Shown: positions 30,270 to 40,786, counted from the stretch's first letter. The stretch: 64,000 nt of DNA from Acidobacteriota bacterium (GCA_965217775.1 CBDCJH010000002.1:4384001-4448000); one strand, 5' to 3'. Notes: generated from the sequence alone by a model not told the origin. Made by a program: numbers and translations.

Positions 30270-31524
30270 ACGAGTAGTTAAAATTGTCGATTCTCCCTTT
30301 GGGCCCTATCCGTAGTTGCAATATGCGATCTTCTCCGAGCTTGCCTTCTTTAACAATCGATATGGCGGCACGCCGACAGTTCTTTAAACTAATGTTTGTG
30401 CCATGCTTCACGAACCCATAGACGATGGTGCTAGAACTCCATTTGCCATACTTCCAGCATTCCCCACTAGTCGGGTCTGTGAAGTTCACCTCCTTGGAAA
30501 ACGAGCCCCGATCCTCAAAAACGTACGCATAACAACATGTTGCCCGAAACGTACCGCTCACAATTCGATTGGTGACATTTTGTACTGCCTTTCTATCATC
30601 ATAGCCCAAATCGCTAATCGAGCCTGCCAGTTGCATAGCAAACACCATTGACGGCAGACGCCCCAAATACTCCTGGAGAAGTAACTTAGTCGTCGGTTTT
30701 TGCCGAAGGATTTCGATTAACTCCTCATCGTACAGGTCCCACCAGTCCTGATCTAAGACATCTTCCTGGAGTGCTACACTCAGTGCCTGAGAAAGGACTG
30801 CCTGCGCTGCCACCGTATAAGGGTCGAAGACTAGGGTCTCATAGACAGATTGGCGTACTTGCGCCCACTCTGCGACTAACGGGGACATTTCTTCGTGTAG
30901 CAAGAGTTTGCCATCCGTGGCGACATCCAACGAACGTGCGAGCTTAACAGCTAACCGGGGATTTGCCTCCATCCCGAGTGCCCAAGCCATTCTCATTACG
31001 TTGTCGAGATTGTCCAAGTCCATACTCCCGAATAAAAGCGGGGACATAGCATGTTTGGACTTTAGGATCTCCCGCACAAGATCTATATCGATGCCATGCT
31101 TCGCCATGATGTCACGGAACTCAAGGCTACGACCTCCAAACGGCTGGTGAGCCCGGTTCTCTGGAGCATGGCAACCAACCAAAACGAGATCTGGTACAGC
31201 CTCATGGTGCCAATACGAACGTTCCCGCAGATGGTATTCAAAAAGATGGCCGAATGGTGGAGTCCCAACGTCATGGAGCAGAACTGCCGCCATGAATGCA
31301 AGCCGCTCGTGATCTGAGAATTGAATCCGAACCATGTTCCCACAGAGATGCAGGACACCAAGAGTGTGAGAGTACCGACGGATTTCACCTAGCGTCGCAA
31401 GGCTCGGTGAGAATGTGTTTAGCAAACGAATTTGCGAGAGCCTTCGAACCTCCGGGCTAAACAGTAGCTTGTCAATTAACGCCGGGGTCTCGAACTGTCC
31501 ATAGAGGGGATCGAATACTCTCAT
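30253..31524 (-). CDS. HD-domain phosphohydrolase (SAMHD1/dNTPase-like)
   Basis: RRLSQIR, RYSHTLGV, LLHDVGTPPFGH, HHE, DLDNLD. Confidence 0.85.
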   Translation of the reverse strand: MRVFDPLYGQFETPALIDKLLFSPEVRRLSQIRLLNTFSPSLATLGEIRRYSHTLGVLHLCGNMVRIQFSDHERLAFMAAVLLHDVGTPPFGHLFEYHLRERSYWHHEAVPDLVLVGCHAPENRAHQPFGGRSLEFRDIMAKHGIDIDLVREILKSKHAMSPLLFGSMDLDNLDNVMRMAWALGMEANPRLAVKLARSLDVATDGKLLLHEEMSPLVAEWAQVRQSVYETLVFDPYTVAAQAVLSQALSVALQEDVLDQDWWDLYDEELIEILRQKPTTKLLLQEYLGRLPSMVFAMQLAGSISDLGYDDRKAVQNVTNRIVSGTFRATCCYAYVFEDRGSFSKEVNFTDPTSGECWKYGKWSSSTIVYGFVKHGTNISLKNCRRAAISIVKEGKLGEDRILQLRIGPKGRIDNFNYSFDFAP

Positions 31525-32756
31525 GGACGCCTCCGAAAGAGTTCGAAAATCGGCGGCCCGCAGATCCAGCCCACGATTAACACGCCAAGCTGCCCGCATA
31601 TGCGGGCGATTGTAGAGTTAATGTCTTCGAGAAAGCCGGCGAGGACAGTAACAAATGTCATCGCTACAATTGGGATAACGCGATCCCACCAAATTCCCGG
31701 ACCTCGTTCGCGGAGTAAGCTGTAGGTGAGCCTTCTCTGGACGCCAAGGGTGTGCCGACTTTGCTTGGCAAGCTTTAGGAGCAAAGCAAGCCATGCATTG
31801 TCTTTGCTGGCAGGTGCACGTTCCGGCTCAGGCCTATAGAGAAAATTATTCTTTTCCAGTTCGTGAACCAATGCGCCAAGAATTCGCTCAGCTCGAAGTC
31901 GGAGAAACGTGGGAGCGTTTGGCAGAAAGCCAGCGATCGCCAATAGGATCGCCTTCGGAACAATGAAATAGTCACGACCCCACCGCGGAGAGCCATTGGA
32001 GGAATACCTGAAACTACAGAAATAGACTCCCAGGTCGCCGAGTTCTGGATCCAGCTGGCGGCCGATCCTGTTGGCTGCATTTCGAACGCCCTTGCTCACT
32101 TGCTTACCAGAGATGGCGACAAGCGCCGCGATCGCCGCAATTCTGGGCAAAGGAGCCAAATCGATACCAGAAACGACTTTGGATTCGAGCCACTCAGCCG
32201 CTTTTTCGAGACGTTCACGAGCTTCCCTATTAGCTATTGAAAAATCGAGAAGTGAAAGGATCACGACCGCCGTCGTTAGCACTTGCGGTGTCTGATCATG
32301 TTCTGCGCTTGATTCCCAGTAGTGGCCCCATTGCCCGCCAGGGAGTTGAGTGTTCCATAGCCTCTGGGCGACCTCTCGTCGTAGCGACTTCGCCGACTCG
32401 TCCTTGATCCCGCCCAATGCTATGTGTAGATACGCGACCCGGAGTGTCTGCAGAAACCACTGTGCCGGCTGCCGCGCAGAGTCTTGCCTTTGATTCCACC
32501 AGAACTGAAGTGTCTCCTGAGCTTGTCTCACTGCTGCGGAGTTTTTGCGGTTAGCCGACTGCAGAACAATGAGGCCCGAAGCTGTTCCATACAAACCAAT
32601 CTGGTGGTGACTTCGCTCCATTTCGAGGAACTGTCCCCACGCTTTACACTCGGAGCAGTTTGGGCCATCTTCGATCTGGGCCTCAAACCGACCGGCTAGC
32701 CGATCAAGAACGACATCAATTTTTTTGGATTGCAGCATCAACGATGAGATTCCCAA
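31521..32756 (-). CDS. Prenyltransferase/terpene-cyclase-fold protein with two C-terminal TM helices
   Basis: QW-like motif LWNTQLPGGQWG, TTAVVILSL, AAEWL, hydrophobic C-terminus. Confidence 0.5.
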   Translation of the reverse strand: MGISSLMLQSKKIDVVLDRLAGRFEAQIEDGPNCSECKAWGQFLEMERSHHQIGLYGTASGLIVLQSANRKNSAAVRQAQETLQFWWNQRQDSARQPAQWFLQTLRVAYLHIALGGIKDESAKSLRREVAQRLWNTQLPGGQWGHYWESSAEHDQTPQVLTTAVVILSLLDFSIANREARERLEKAAEWLESKVVSGIDLAPLPRIAAIAALVAISGKQVSKGVRNAANRIGRQLDPELGDLGVYFCSFRYSSNGSPRWGRDYFIVPKAILLAIAGFLPNAPTFLRLRAERILGALVHELEKNNFLYRPEPERAPASKDNAWLALLLKLAKQSRHTLGVQRRLTYSLLRERGPGIWWDRVIPIVAMTFVTVLAGFLEDINSTIARICGQLGVLIVGWICGPPIFELFRRRP

Positions 32757-33385
32757 TAGCTCTCACGGAGCAATGCGGCGGCCCGTTTCGCGTTCGAGTA
32801 GCTAGCATGCAACCGCCAGTCTGCAAGCTCAGGAAACCCAAGGTTCGACGCGACCATGTACCGCGCGAACTGTCGTGGTAGTCGCCCCAGACTGCGAAAC
32901 AAACGATAGTCATGTGGATCGGGTGATATCAAAAAGTAGTCCGGAAGGTCGTCAGCTAAGACTACCGCATCAGAAAGGCTGTTCGCTGTGGAGAACAGTT
33001 GACACTGTTTCGCAACATCATCCATCACTTCAGGTCCGCGCGGAAAAAACAGGAAGTGGGCGTGAAAGCAGTGCGATTCATGTGCTCCTGGTAAGCCCGC
33101 ACAAAGTGGTACTCGCCCGTGCTCGGTCAACAAACACGAGCCGTGCCGAGCGATCAAGAATGTCCGAATCTCCTCGGCGAAGCTAAGAAACTCGTCGATG
33201 CCGGACTTGAGCGCATCTGCTGCCGACCGAACATGAAGTGGGGCGCCGACAACTGAGTAATCCTTCACGATTGGCCCAAGACCGCAGAGAGCGATTCCAG
33301 CCTCGGTCCGAGAATAGACTAGAGCTTGGTCTGGCGAACAGAGGAAGCAATCACTTACTCGCCGTGGTTGGGTGAGATTATTCAT
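32738..33385 (-). CDS. HIT-like nucleotide hydrolase/transferase
   Basis: CFLC, GPIVKDYSVV, TEHG, HCFHAHF. Confidence 0.65.
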   Translation of the reverse strand: MNNLTQPRRVSDCFLCSPDQALVYSRTEAGIALCGLGPIVKDYSVVGAPLHVRSAADALKSGIDEFLSFAEEIRTFLIARHGSCLLTEHGRVPLCAGLPGAHESHCFHAHFLFFPRGPEVMDDVAKQCQLFSTANSLSDAVVLADDLPDYFLISPDPHDYRLFRSLGRLPRQFARYMVASNLGFPELADWRLHASYSNAKRAAALLRESYWESHR

Positions 33386-33736
33386 AGAGTGACTACCAAC
33401 GCCAGGAGAACGCGGCTTTGTGGAAACTACCGAATCTTCGATCGGGTCAGACGTTCGGATCCTGATTGATAACCGCCTTTTGAGGGATCTGATAATGAGG
33501 GTCGAAGACCGGACCATCATCAGGTGTTTGATCGAAGCCGGCATGCTGCTCGGAATATCGGTGCTCGACCACATAATCCTTGGTGACCGGTAAGCCCAAC
33601 TCAGCTTCCAGTAGAAGGGATGAAACTAGTCCGTTGATTCCACGGCTCCTATCATCTTCAAAAGACCAAGCGTCACAGAGGATCGGCAACACACACCTGG
33701 CGGGGACAGAAATGGTGACTGTCCCCTTCTTGCTTC

Positions 33737-34520
33737 CGTTGTCCCCCTCATGAGCTCCTTTGCTTTCACCAAAACGAGCCACATCCAACCAGTGCCGTCC
33801 CCACCGTTCCCCGTAGTGCGGGTTGGCGAGCAGCCGGTCAACGAGTTCGCGACAGGGATCCGCAGAGGAATCTCGAACGAACGCCTGGACTTCTTCGGGG
33901 GCGGGCGCGAGACCGATCAGGTCGAAGTAGGCGCGGCGAATCAGGGTGGGCCGATCGGCCTCCTGCGCCGGGCGAAACTGCATCTCGTGCAGCTTGGCGA
34001 GGAGGAAACGATCGATGGGCGAGTCTGTCCACGCGGCCTCGTCCGAACTTGCCGCCGAGATCTGAGGCGGGTCGACAGCACGCAGGGGGTGGAAGGCCCA
34101 GTGCCGGCGTCCTGACTCGAGATCCGTTTTCCCGGGTTCAGCGGCCTGCGCATCCCTCGGATACGGCGCGCCGAGGGTCACCCATTGGACGAAATCAGCG
34201 ATGACCGAGTCAGACAGTTTGCCGCCGGGCGGCATTGCCAAGCTGCGATCGGTGTGCTTGAGGGCCTCGATCAGAATGGACTGGTCGGGTCGGCCCGGCA
34301 CGACGGCGGGGCCCCGCGACCCGCCTTGCTCGACACCCTCCCGCGTGTCGAGCTGCAGTTTCCCAAACAGCATTCCCGCGCGGTCGGCCTCCGCCGAATG
34401 ACACTGATAGCAGCGCTCCGACAGAACCGGACGGATCTTCTTTTCGAAGAAGTTGATACGGTTCTGCCTGGGTTCCTCGGGGGCTCCGAGCAGGCTGAGG
34501 GAAATTACGAAAAGGATCAC
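33737..34520 (-). pseudogene. Truncated duplicate of the DUF1549/DUF1553 gene
   Basis: Near-identical to 26184-26967 and cut at the palindrome at 33709. Confidence 0.9.
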
Positions 34521-34605
34521 GCGACTACCTTACGCTTGTAATCGGAATTCTACGTTGGGTTGTAGAAGCAAATCCACCAGGCGAACGGACGCGCGCCCTG
34601 GAACC

Positions 34606-35478
34606 TCAGTACGTCCCGATCCCCAGCACATCCTTCTCCCAGGGCGTCAGTCGTTTGATCTGTTCGGGAGAAAGGGCGCGAACCTCCGTGTACTCGGGGA
34701 TGGTCTCCTCGAGGCCGAGCAGCTTCCGCATTTCCGGGAGGAGGCGATCCTGCACACCCTGTGGAATGACGCGGGCGTTGTCGATCATCCCCTTGACCCA
34801 CCATCGCTGGAAAAAGGCCAGTAAGGAATGCCGGACGTGGTCGCTGCGGTTGATGCCGCTGGCGTGCCAAAGCGCCGCATCCCAAACGATGGCCGTACCC
34901 GCGGGAACGACCGCTTGGTGGGATCCCGGGGAGTCGGCATCCGGGTCGGGGATCTCACAGGACTTGTGAGTGCCGGGCCAAACCAGGGTAGCTCCGTTCT
35001 CGGCGGTGAAATCCACAACCGCCCAGGCGACGTTGATCGCCATCGGGTAGTGCTTGCCGCCCTCGAAAGGCACGATGCTGAATGGAGACCGGTCGGCGTG
35101 AATCTGAAACCCGCGCCCGGGTTCCCTGCCCTCGCTGGGTCGAATCGAACGCGCCGTTGCGTCGTATAGAACCATGTCTTCGCCCAGGTACTCACGGCAC
35201 ACGGAGAGAACCGGCGGGTTCAGGTAGAAGGTTTCGAAGCAAGGATGCTTGCCCACGATGCAGTGGGCGGACCAGCAGTGCTCGGACGAAGTTCCCAGGC
35301 GCAGAGCGATCTCGCTCTCCCGCTGGTAGACGTCTTCGGCCGCCTCAATGGCTGGAGCCAGATACTCGGCGTCGAGAGCGTCCGGGATGATGGTGTAACC
35401 CTGATCCCCAAGCTCTCCAACGTGGAAATCCAGTTCCGAAGGCGTCAGCTCTCTTCCGCTCGCGAAGCCGGTCTTCAT
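34606..35478 (-). CDS. PhyH-family dioxygenase, second copy
   Basis: Same length (290 aa) and nearly the same sequence as 27053-27925. Confidence 0.9.
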   Translation of the reverse strand: MKTGFASGRELTPSELDFHVGELGDQGYTIIPDALDAEYLAPAIEAAEDVYQRESEIALRLGTSSEHCWSAHCIVGKHPCFETFYLNPPVLSVCREYLGEDMVLYDATARSIRPSEGREPGRGFQIHADRSPFSIVPFEGGKHYPMAINVAWAVVDFTAENGATLVWPGTHKSCEIPDPDADSPGSHQAVVPAGTAIVWDAALWHASGINRSDHVRHSLLAFFQRWWVKGMIDNARVIPQGVQDRLLPEMRKLLGLEETIPEYTEVRALSPEQIKRLTPWEKDVLGIGTY

Positions 35479-35728
35479 GAGTCATGCCCCAAATATCGTT
35501 GCCGAAATTGCCATTGCTTGGCAGCCTTTACAATTGTCAACCAGCGTACTACACGATTTCTTTCGCGAAAACACTCAAAGGAGGTGACTGCCCCCTTCCC
35601 GGTTCGCGCCCCTGTGGAGATGGTGCCTGCTCCCTCGCGCGCGCGCGCCCGCACACAAAAAATCAGGGACAGTCAACTTCTCGCTTGACCACTTGACAAC
35701 TTCCGCGTCGTGGATTCACATTATACAC

Positions 35729-35974
35729 ATGAAGCGCACAAATCTTGTGCTTGATGAGCGAATTCTGGAAGAAACCTTACGTCTCAGCGGCGAGCGTACT
35801 TACTCGAAAGCAGTGACACGAGCGATGACAGAATTCGTTCGTAGGGTAAAGGCAGGTCGCATTTTGCAACTGGCCGGTTCGGGCCTTTGGGAGGGGGACT
35901 TGGCCGAGATGCGCAACGACCGACTGTGCAGCCAACCCGAGCCTGAGCACGGGACCGGCCGTGTACCTCGTTGA
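35729..35974 (+). CDS. vapB: VapB-family antitoxin
   Basis: MKRTNLVLDERILEE...WEGDLAEMR. Confidence 0.85.
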   Translation: MKRTNLVLDERILEETLRLSGERTYSKAVTRAMTEFVRRVKAGRILQLAGSGLWEGDLAEMRNDRLCSQPEPEHGTGRVPR

Positions 35975-36359
35975 CACCTCGGTCTGGATCGAGGTGTTTG
36001 CACGGCCCGCCCGAGTCCACCTCGAATCGGTAGCCCACCTGGACGAAGTCGTCACCTGTCTTCCGGTCATGCAGGAGGTGCTCCAAGGCTTCCGCGACGA
36101 GAGCGCGTTCCGGATTGCACGAGAGGCAATGCACGCGTTTCCGCTCGTCGAGGCACCGTTGGAGACGGCAGTGTTCGACGAGGCGGTCGACCTGTACCGC
36201 TTGGCGCGTCGTATCGGTATCACAGTGCGTTCAAGTGTCGACTGCCTGATCGCGGTCTGCGCGATCAGGAACGACTTGACTCTGTTACACCACGACCGCG
36301 ACTTCGACCGGATCGCCCGAATTTCACCGTTACGTTCACGGAGTCTGGGAAGACGTTGA
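35961..36359 (+). CDS. vapC: VapC PIN-domain toxin
   Basis: LVDTSVWI, DCLIA, HHDRDF. Confidence 0.9.
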   Translation: MYLVDTSVWIEVFARPARVHLESVAHLDEVVTCLPVMQEVLQGFRDESAFRIAREAMHAFPLVEAPLETAVFDEAVDLYRLARRIGITVRSSVDCLIAVCAIRNDLTLLHHDRDFDRIARISPLRSRSLGRR

Positions 36360-36589
36360 TGTCGACGTGCTACGACTGATGCTGAGCAGCAGCGTGACTC
36401 CGAGTCCCGGTGTCGATTCCATGAGGCCGGCCAGCGTTGGGAACGCGCTCGGACGATCGTGAGATTGCCATTGCTTGGCAGCGTTTACAGTTGCCGACTA
36501 GCCTACTACACGACTTCCTTCGCGAAAACACTCAGAAAAGCTCCTCCACCGGCCCGATCCGGCATACGCCTAGTAGAAACACGCAGGAG

Positions 36590-36720
36590 TGACAGGAGGG
36601 GGGACATTCCTGTCCCCCATTGGAGGGGCGTCTTTCAGGCGCCCTCTTTCGGACCAACCATGACTCATGGCCAGGGACTGCAGGTTGCGAAAGCGGGGGT
36701 AGGAAAACCCCCGCTCCTGG
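36590..36720. repeat. REP-like palindrome cluster
   Basis: GGGGGACATTCCTGTCCCCC, GAGGGGCGTCTTTCAGGCGCCCTC and GCGGGGGTAGGAAAACCCCCGCTCCT. A similar element lies at 1-40. Confidence 0.6.
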
Positions 36721-36877
36721 ACCACCCCTGTTTCTCCCAGGATCTCGCCGGCGGGTGGCCGGTGGGGGAGCTTTCCTCTTTCTTCGTTTTCTTAGAAGGT
36801 GACTGTCCCCTCTCGAGCGGGTGACCCACCAGATCCGCGCTCATGTCCGGTGACGTCCGCCAGCACGGTCGGCCTTT

Positions 36878-37753
36878 TCACGGACCGGTCCGCCGCGATC
36901 GCGGGAGCGCCAGCGCCACGCCGCCAAGAATCAGCACGGAGGAGAGCACGAGCCGAAAGGTGACGGACTCTCCCATGACGAGCACGCCGCCCGCCGCGGC
37001 GATCACGGGTACGGACAGCTGCACTGTGGCCGCGAAGGTCGCGGTGAGGCCGCCCAGCGCCGTGTACCAGATCACATAGCCGGCCCCCGACGCCAGCGCG
37101 CCGGAGGTGACGGCGAGTAGCGCGCCGGCAGGCGTCATCTCGAAGTTTCCCACGCTCAGCAGGCTGACCACCGCGACCATCGGCACGCTACGAACGAAGT
37201 TATCGCGGGTTTCTCCCAGCGGGTCCACGGCACCTCGGCCGTGAAGCGAGTACAGCCCCCAGGCGATTCCGGCCACCGCCATGAGCACGCTGCCTGTGGG
37301 AGACGGCGCCGTCACGCCCGGCAGCACCAGATACGTCATGCCGCCGAGCGCGGCGGCCAGGCCGATCCACTGCAGCAGGCGAGGTCGCTCACCGGCGGCC
37401 AGGCCCGCGACGAGCATCGTCGCCTGCACCGCGGCGAAGAGGATCAGCGCGCCTGTTCCGGTCGTGAGCGTGTTGTAAGCGAAGGAGAACGGGACCGCGT
37501 AAAGGAAAAGGAGCGCCGCGGAGGACCAGCCCGCCCTGCGCGGCGTGCGCGCTCCCCGACGCACGGCGTGGATGGACGAGAGGGCCAGCGCTCCCGACAA
37601 CAGACGAATCGCGGAGAAGCTGGCCGCGTCGATCTCCCCGCCCCCGAGCGCCGCGCGGCACAGGACCGAGTTGGCGGCGAAGGCGACCATCGCCGCCGCC
37701 GTCAGGAGGCCGACGCACCTCAACCGCGCCATGGCGTCAGACGTGGCCACCAT
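36878..37753 (-). CDS. DMT/EamA-family transporter
   Basis: AFAANSVLCRAAL, about 10 TM helices. Confidence 0.85.
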   Translation of the reverse strand: MVATSDAMARLRCVGLLTAAAMVAFAANSVLCRAALGGGEIDAASFSAIRLLSGALALSSIHAVRRGARTPRRAGWSSAALLFLYAVPFSFAYNTLTTGTGALILFAAVQATMLVAGLAAGERPRLLQWIGLAAALGGMTYLVLPGVTAPSPTGSVLMAVAGIAWGLYSLHGRGAVDPLGETRDNFVRSVPMVAVVSLLSVGNFEMTPAGALLAVTSGALASGAGYVIWYTALGGLTATFAATVQLSVPVIAAAGGVLVMGESVTFRLVLSSVLILGGVALALPRSRRTGP

Positions 37754-38238
37754 CGACCCACGTGCAGCAAATAGGTCTCGTATGACCGCCCGAATCTTCG
37801 GCGGAGTGTCGGCTCCTCATAGAACAGCACGTTCAGGTGGAACGCGACCAGCACCACCCCTGCGTACGCGAACAGCAGGGCGTGGCCAAAGAGTAGCGCC
37901 TGCCCTGCGATGATGATCAGAACGGAGACGTACATCGAGTTTCGCACGAACCGATAGAGGCCGGACGCCACCAGTACTTCGGTCTGCGCCACCGGTGCCG
38001 GTGTGCCACGCCCTTCAAGGGCGAAGCGGGCGAAGCAGTCCAGCAGGCAGGCCAAGCCCGCCGCGACTGCCGCGACACCCAATACCCGCTCGCGCTCGCC
38101 CGGAAGCCCGAGCAGCGGTGGCTGCATCGTCCAACCGAACAGCGCGAATGGGCCGACGCCGGCAACGACCGCGGGAGCGACCCAGAAGAAGACAAACGAC
38201 CCCAAGATCGCACACGTGCGTGTGCCCTTCATAAACAC
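37720..38238 (-). CDS. Isoprenylcysteine carboxyl/phospholipid methyltransferase family protein
   Basis: GRGTPAP...GLYRFVRNSMY...EEPTLRRRFG. Confidence 0.85.
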   Translation of the reverse strand: MFMKGTRTCAILGSFVFFWVAPAVVAGVGPFALFGWTMQPPLLGLPGERERVLGVAAVAAGLACLLDCFARFALEGRGTPAPVAQTEVLVASGLYRFVRNSMYVSVLIIIAGQALLFGHALLFAYAGVVLVAFHLNVLFYEEPTLRRRFGRSYETYLLHVGRWWPRLTPWRG

Positions 38239-38240
38239 GT

Positions 38241-38426
38241 CATGAGACCGTGGGAGCCTGGCAGGTGAGGTCCAAGCGGCTCCGCGACTGTTGTCGTGCG
38301 CCGTCTGCGTGACTTTGCATGTGGTCTCATCCCCCGTTCAGCATACTGGAACTCCGCGCCGATTCTTATAATTTATGGCTTGGTCGTAGTGTTCTCAACG
38401 GGAGAGACGGTGGCTGTCCCCTTCTC
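38241..38426. repeat. ~185-bp diverged direct repeat (second copy ~39440-39628)
   Basis: Shared ctgttgtcgtgcgccgtctgcgtgactttgcatgtggtctc...gttctcaacg, each copy ending in the palindrome. Confidence 0.85.
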
Positions 38427-38519
38427 GCTTGGATGATTGTGACGGCAAGAGTCGCATGACCGAACGACGCTCCACTCGCAATACACAGAATGCTGGTCAA
38501 CTGGCTAGTCCCCTTACCC

Positions 38520-39227
38520 TTAGGCAGCCTCCCTGGTTCCCACGATCAACAGAGTCCGTATAGGCAACAGGAAGTCTTCCCCCTTCCTCCTGATGTTCAA
38601 GGCCTCCAGGAATGATCCCGGGGCCTTCTGCAGACGAGCTCGGATCTCCGCTTCCGCCTCAGATCCAGAGGATCCGATCTCGCACCACCGGCGTACAGTC
38701 GTCCCCTGAGGTCGCTCCGATAGTCCATCCTTCAACGCTTCCACCTTCAGCCCGCTGCTCTCGAATATGGATCTCCACCTCGCGGCCGTGTAGCTCCGAA
38801 CGTGGGTTGGATCGTGAAGCAGCTCCAGCTTGTGGTTGAACTCGTCTATGTCAGCGTTTTCGTGTCCTTCGAGATCGATAATCGCTACCCGCCCGCCGAT
38901 CTTCGTGAGCCGAGCCATTTCCGCCACCGCGCGGTCCACATCATCGAAATGGTGGGGGGCCAGCCGCGATACGACCAAATCGAACTGGTGTCCCCGCAGG
39001 GGAATCGATTCCGCGTACGCCTCGACCGTCTCCACCTCTCTCCCCTGCTCCGCTGCCAATCGCCGAAACGCGTCCAACATGCTGGGTGCAGGGTCGACTC
39101 CTACGAGTCTCCCGGCACCAGGGGCAAAGGACAGCGCCAAGTGGCCGGCGCCACACGCGACATCACATACGGATGCCCCAGCCGCTAGATTCAAGAGCTG
39201 ATGAAGAAGCCTGATCGTTGGGCTCAT
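38520..39227 (-). CDS. Class I SAM-dependent methyltransferase
   Basis: DVACGAG, FDLVVSRLAPHHF, HDPTHVR. The native start may be frameshifted near 39300. Confidence 0.85.
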   Translation of the reverse strand: MSPTIRLLHQLLNLAAGASVCDVACGAGHLALSFAPGAGRLVGVDPAPSMLDAFRRLAAEQGREVETVEAYAESIPLRGHQFDLVVSRLAPHHFDDVDRAVAEMARLTKIGGRVAIIDLEGHENADIDEFNHKLELLHDPTHVRSYTAARWRSIFESSGLKVEALKDGLSERPQGTTVRRWCEIGSSGSEAEAEIRARLQKAPGSFLEALNIRRKGEDFLLPIRTLLIVGTREAA

Positions 39228-39690
39228 GGAGTGAACTTCGCTCGTGGCATAGTTCTCAGCAATTCTCTCGAAGCGGTCACGCGATTCGTCAGTCGATTCT
39301 CACCCTCCTTCTGGAACCTCCGATCTCGACCTGGCGGTCCATCAGGGCTGAGGCCACTCGTCTTGAGAAGACTCCTATGTTCTCTCAAGTGACGGTGACT
39401 GTCCCCTTCTAGATTTCCGTCCCCTTCTAGATTTCCCGTCATGAGATCCTGGGAGTCCGGCAAGTGATGTCCAAGCGGCATCGCGCCTGTTGTCGTGCGC
39501 CGTCTGCGTGACTTTGCATGTGGTCTCGTCTCCCGTTCAGCATACTGGAACTCGCGCTGATTCTTGTAATCTATGGCTTAGTGATCGTGTGTTCTCAACG
39601 CGAGAGAGACGGTGACTGTCCCGTTCCCGATTCCGATTCCAAATTGACTCGCAATCTCGAAGGGTGTAGGGCTATTCATTAACTTCAGAT

Positions 39691-40674
39691 ATGAAAAACA
39701 TCATTTTTCTGCTGATTTCTGCATTGACTATATTTTTGGCTCGGACGGCCTGGAGTGAGGGGGCCGGGTTCGGGAAGCCTGACCGGGAAGGTATCGGGCG
39801 CTTCCTCCTGGTCGCGTCGGAAGGGCTCTACATCGTCGAATCCGATGGCCACTGTTCCTGGTCGTACACCGTCCCTCCGCTCGACGGACAATCCCCCGGA
39901 GAGTTCGACGACCTGATTTATGACGGCTGGGCACTCGCTAACGGAAACGTTCTCTTTGGGACGCATCGCTATGTACGAGAGATAGACCGCCAAAAGCAGC
40001 CGGTGTGGGAGTACCGTGTCCAAGGAAAGAACAAGGTCAAAACCTGCCTGCCCCTACCGAACGGTCGTGTGGCGGTACTCAATAGCCAGGAGCAGGCCAT
40101 TCTCGAATTGGAATCGGGGACCGGACAGGTCCTGCACAGGATCCCCGTTCCCGCTGGCGGAACACTCCATACCCGCTACAACCTCCTTCGCCGAACGCCG
40201 GAGGGAAACTACCTGGTTGCGCTACGTGCCGAGGAGAGATTCGTGGAAGTGGATTCCACCGGTCAGATCCTCCGCTCCCTGCGTGTCCCGAGTCTGCCCG
40301 CCCTGGCCCAGACGCTGAGCGACGGCACGACGCTATGCAGCGGCCGCTTCGGCCTGATCCGGTTTGATGCGAATGGAAAGAAAGTGTGGAGCTTCAGCCC
40401 TGAGAATGCTGCTCCCCACTTCCCACTGTTGATCGCAGTCGGGACGGTGGAGCTTTCCGACGGACGATTGCTGGTCGTGAACTCCGACTGGCACTACCGG
40501 GAACCGGGCGAAAATCGCGTGCAGCTCTTCATCACGGATTCCTCGAAGAACATTTCGTGGACGCTTCCGGTGACCGCCTTCGAAGGCTGGAAGCGGGGAG
40601 AGATCGAGCCCGAGACGGGTCTGCTGGAACATCGAGGCGGAGTGGTTCAACTGCTGGGCCCTGAGATTCCGTAA
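39691..40674 (+). CDS. Secreted beta-propeller repeat protein
   Basis: Signal peptide and repeated LxNGN/DG...G..VW motifs. Confidence 0.7.
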   Translation: MKNIIFLLISALTIFLARTAWSEGAGFGKPDREGIGRFLLVASEGLYIVESDGHCSWSYTVPPLDGQSPGEFDDLIYDGWALANGNVLFGTHRYVREIDRQKQPVWEYRVQGKNKVKTCLPLPNGRVAVLNSQEQAILELESGTGQVLHRIPVPAGGTLHTRYNLLRRTPEGNYLVALRAEERFVEVDSTGQILRSLRVPSLPALAQTLSDGTTLCSGRFGLIRFDANGKKVWSFSPENAAPHFPLLIAVGTVELSDGRLLVVNSDWHYREPGENRVQLFITDSSKNISWTLPVTAFEGWKRGEIEPETGLLEHRGGVVQLLGPEIP

Positions 40675-40786
40675 TCGTAATTGCGGGTCTTCGTACTGTG
40701 GAACGGACCGCGGGAGAAGATGACTGTTCCCTTTTCGACTTTCTGCGAATTGTTCCAGTTGTTCCCTGATAAACTGACTAAGTTTT

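Noticed and set aside
26184-35600. Diversity-generating retroelement template/variable repeat pairs
   Set aside because: There is no RT gene, and the differences between duplicates are not adenine-specific.
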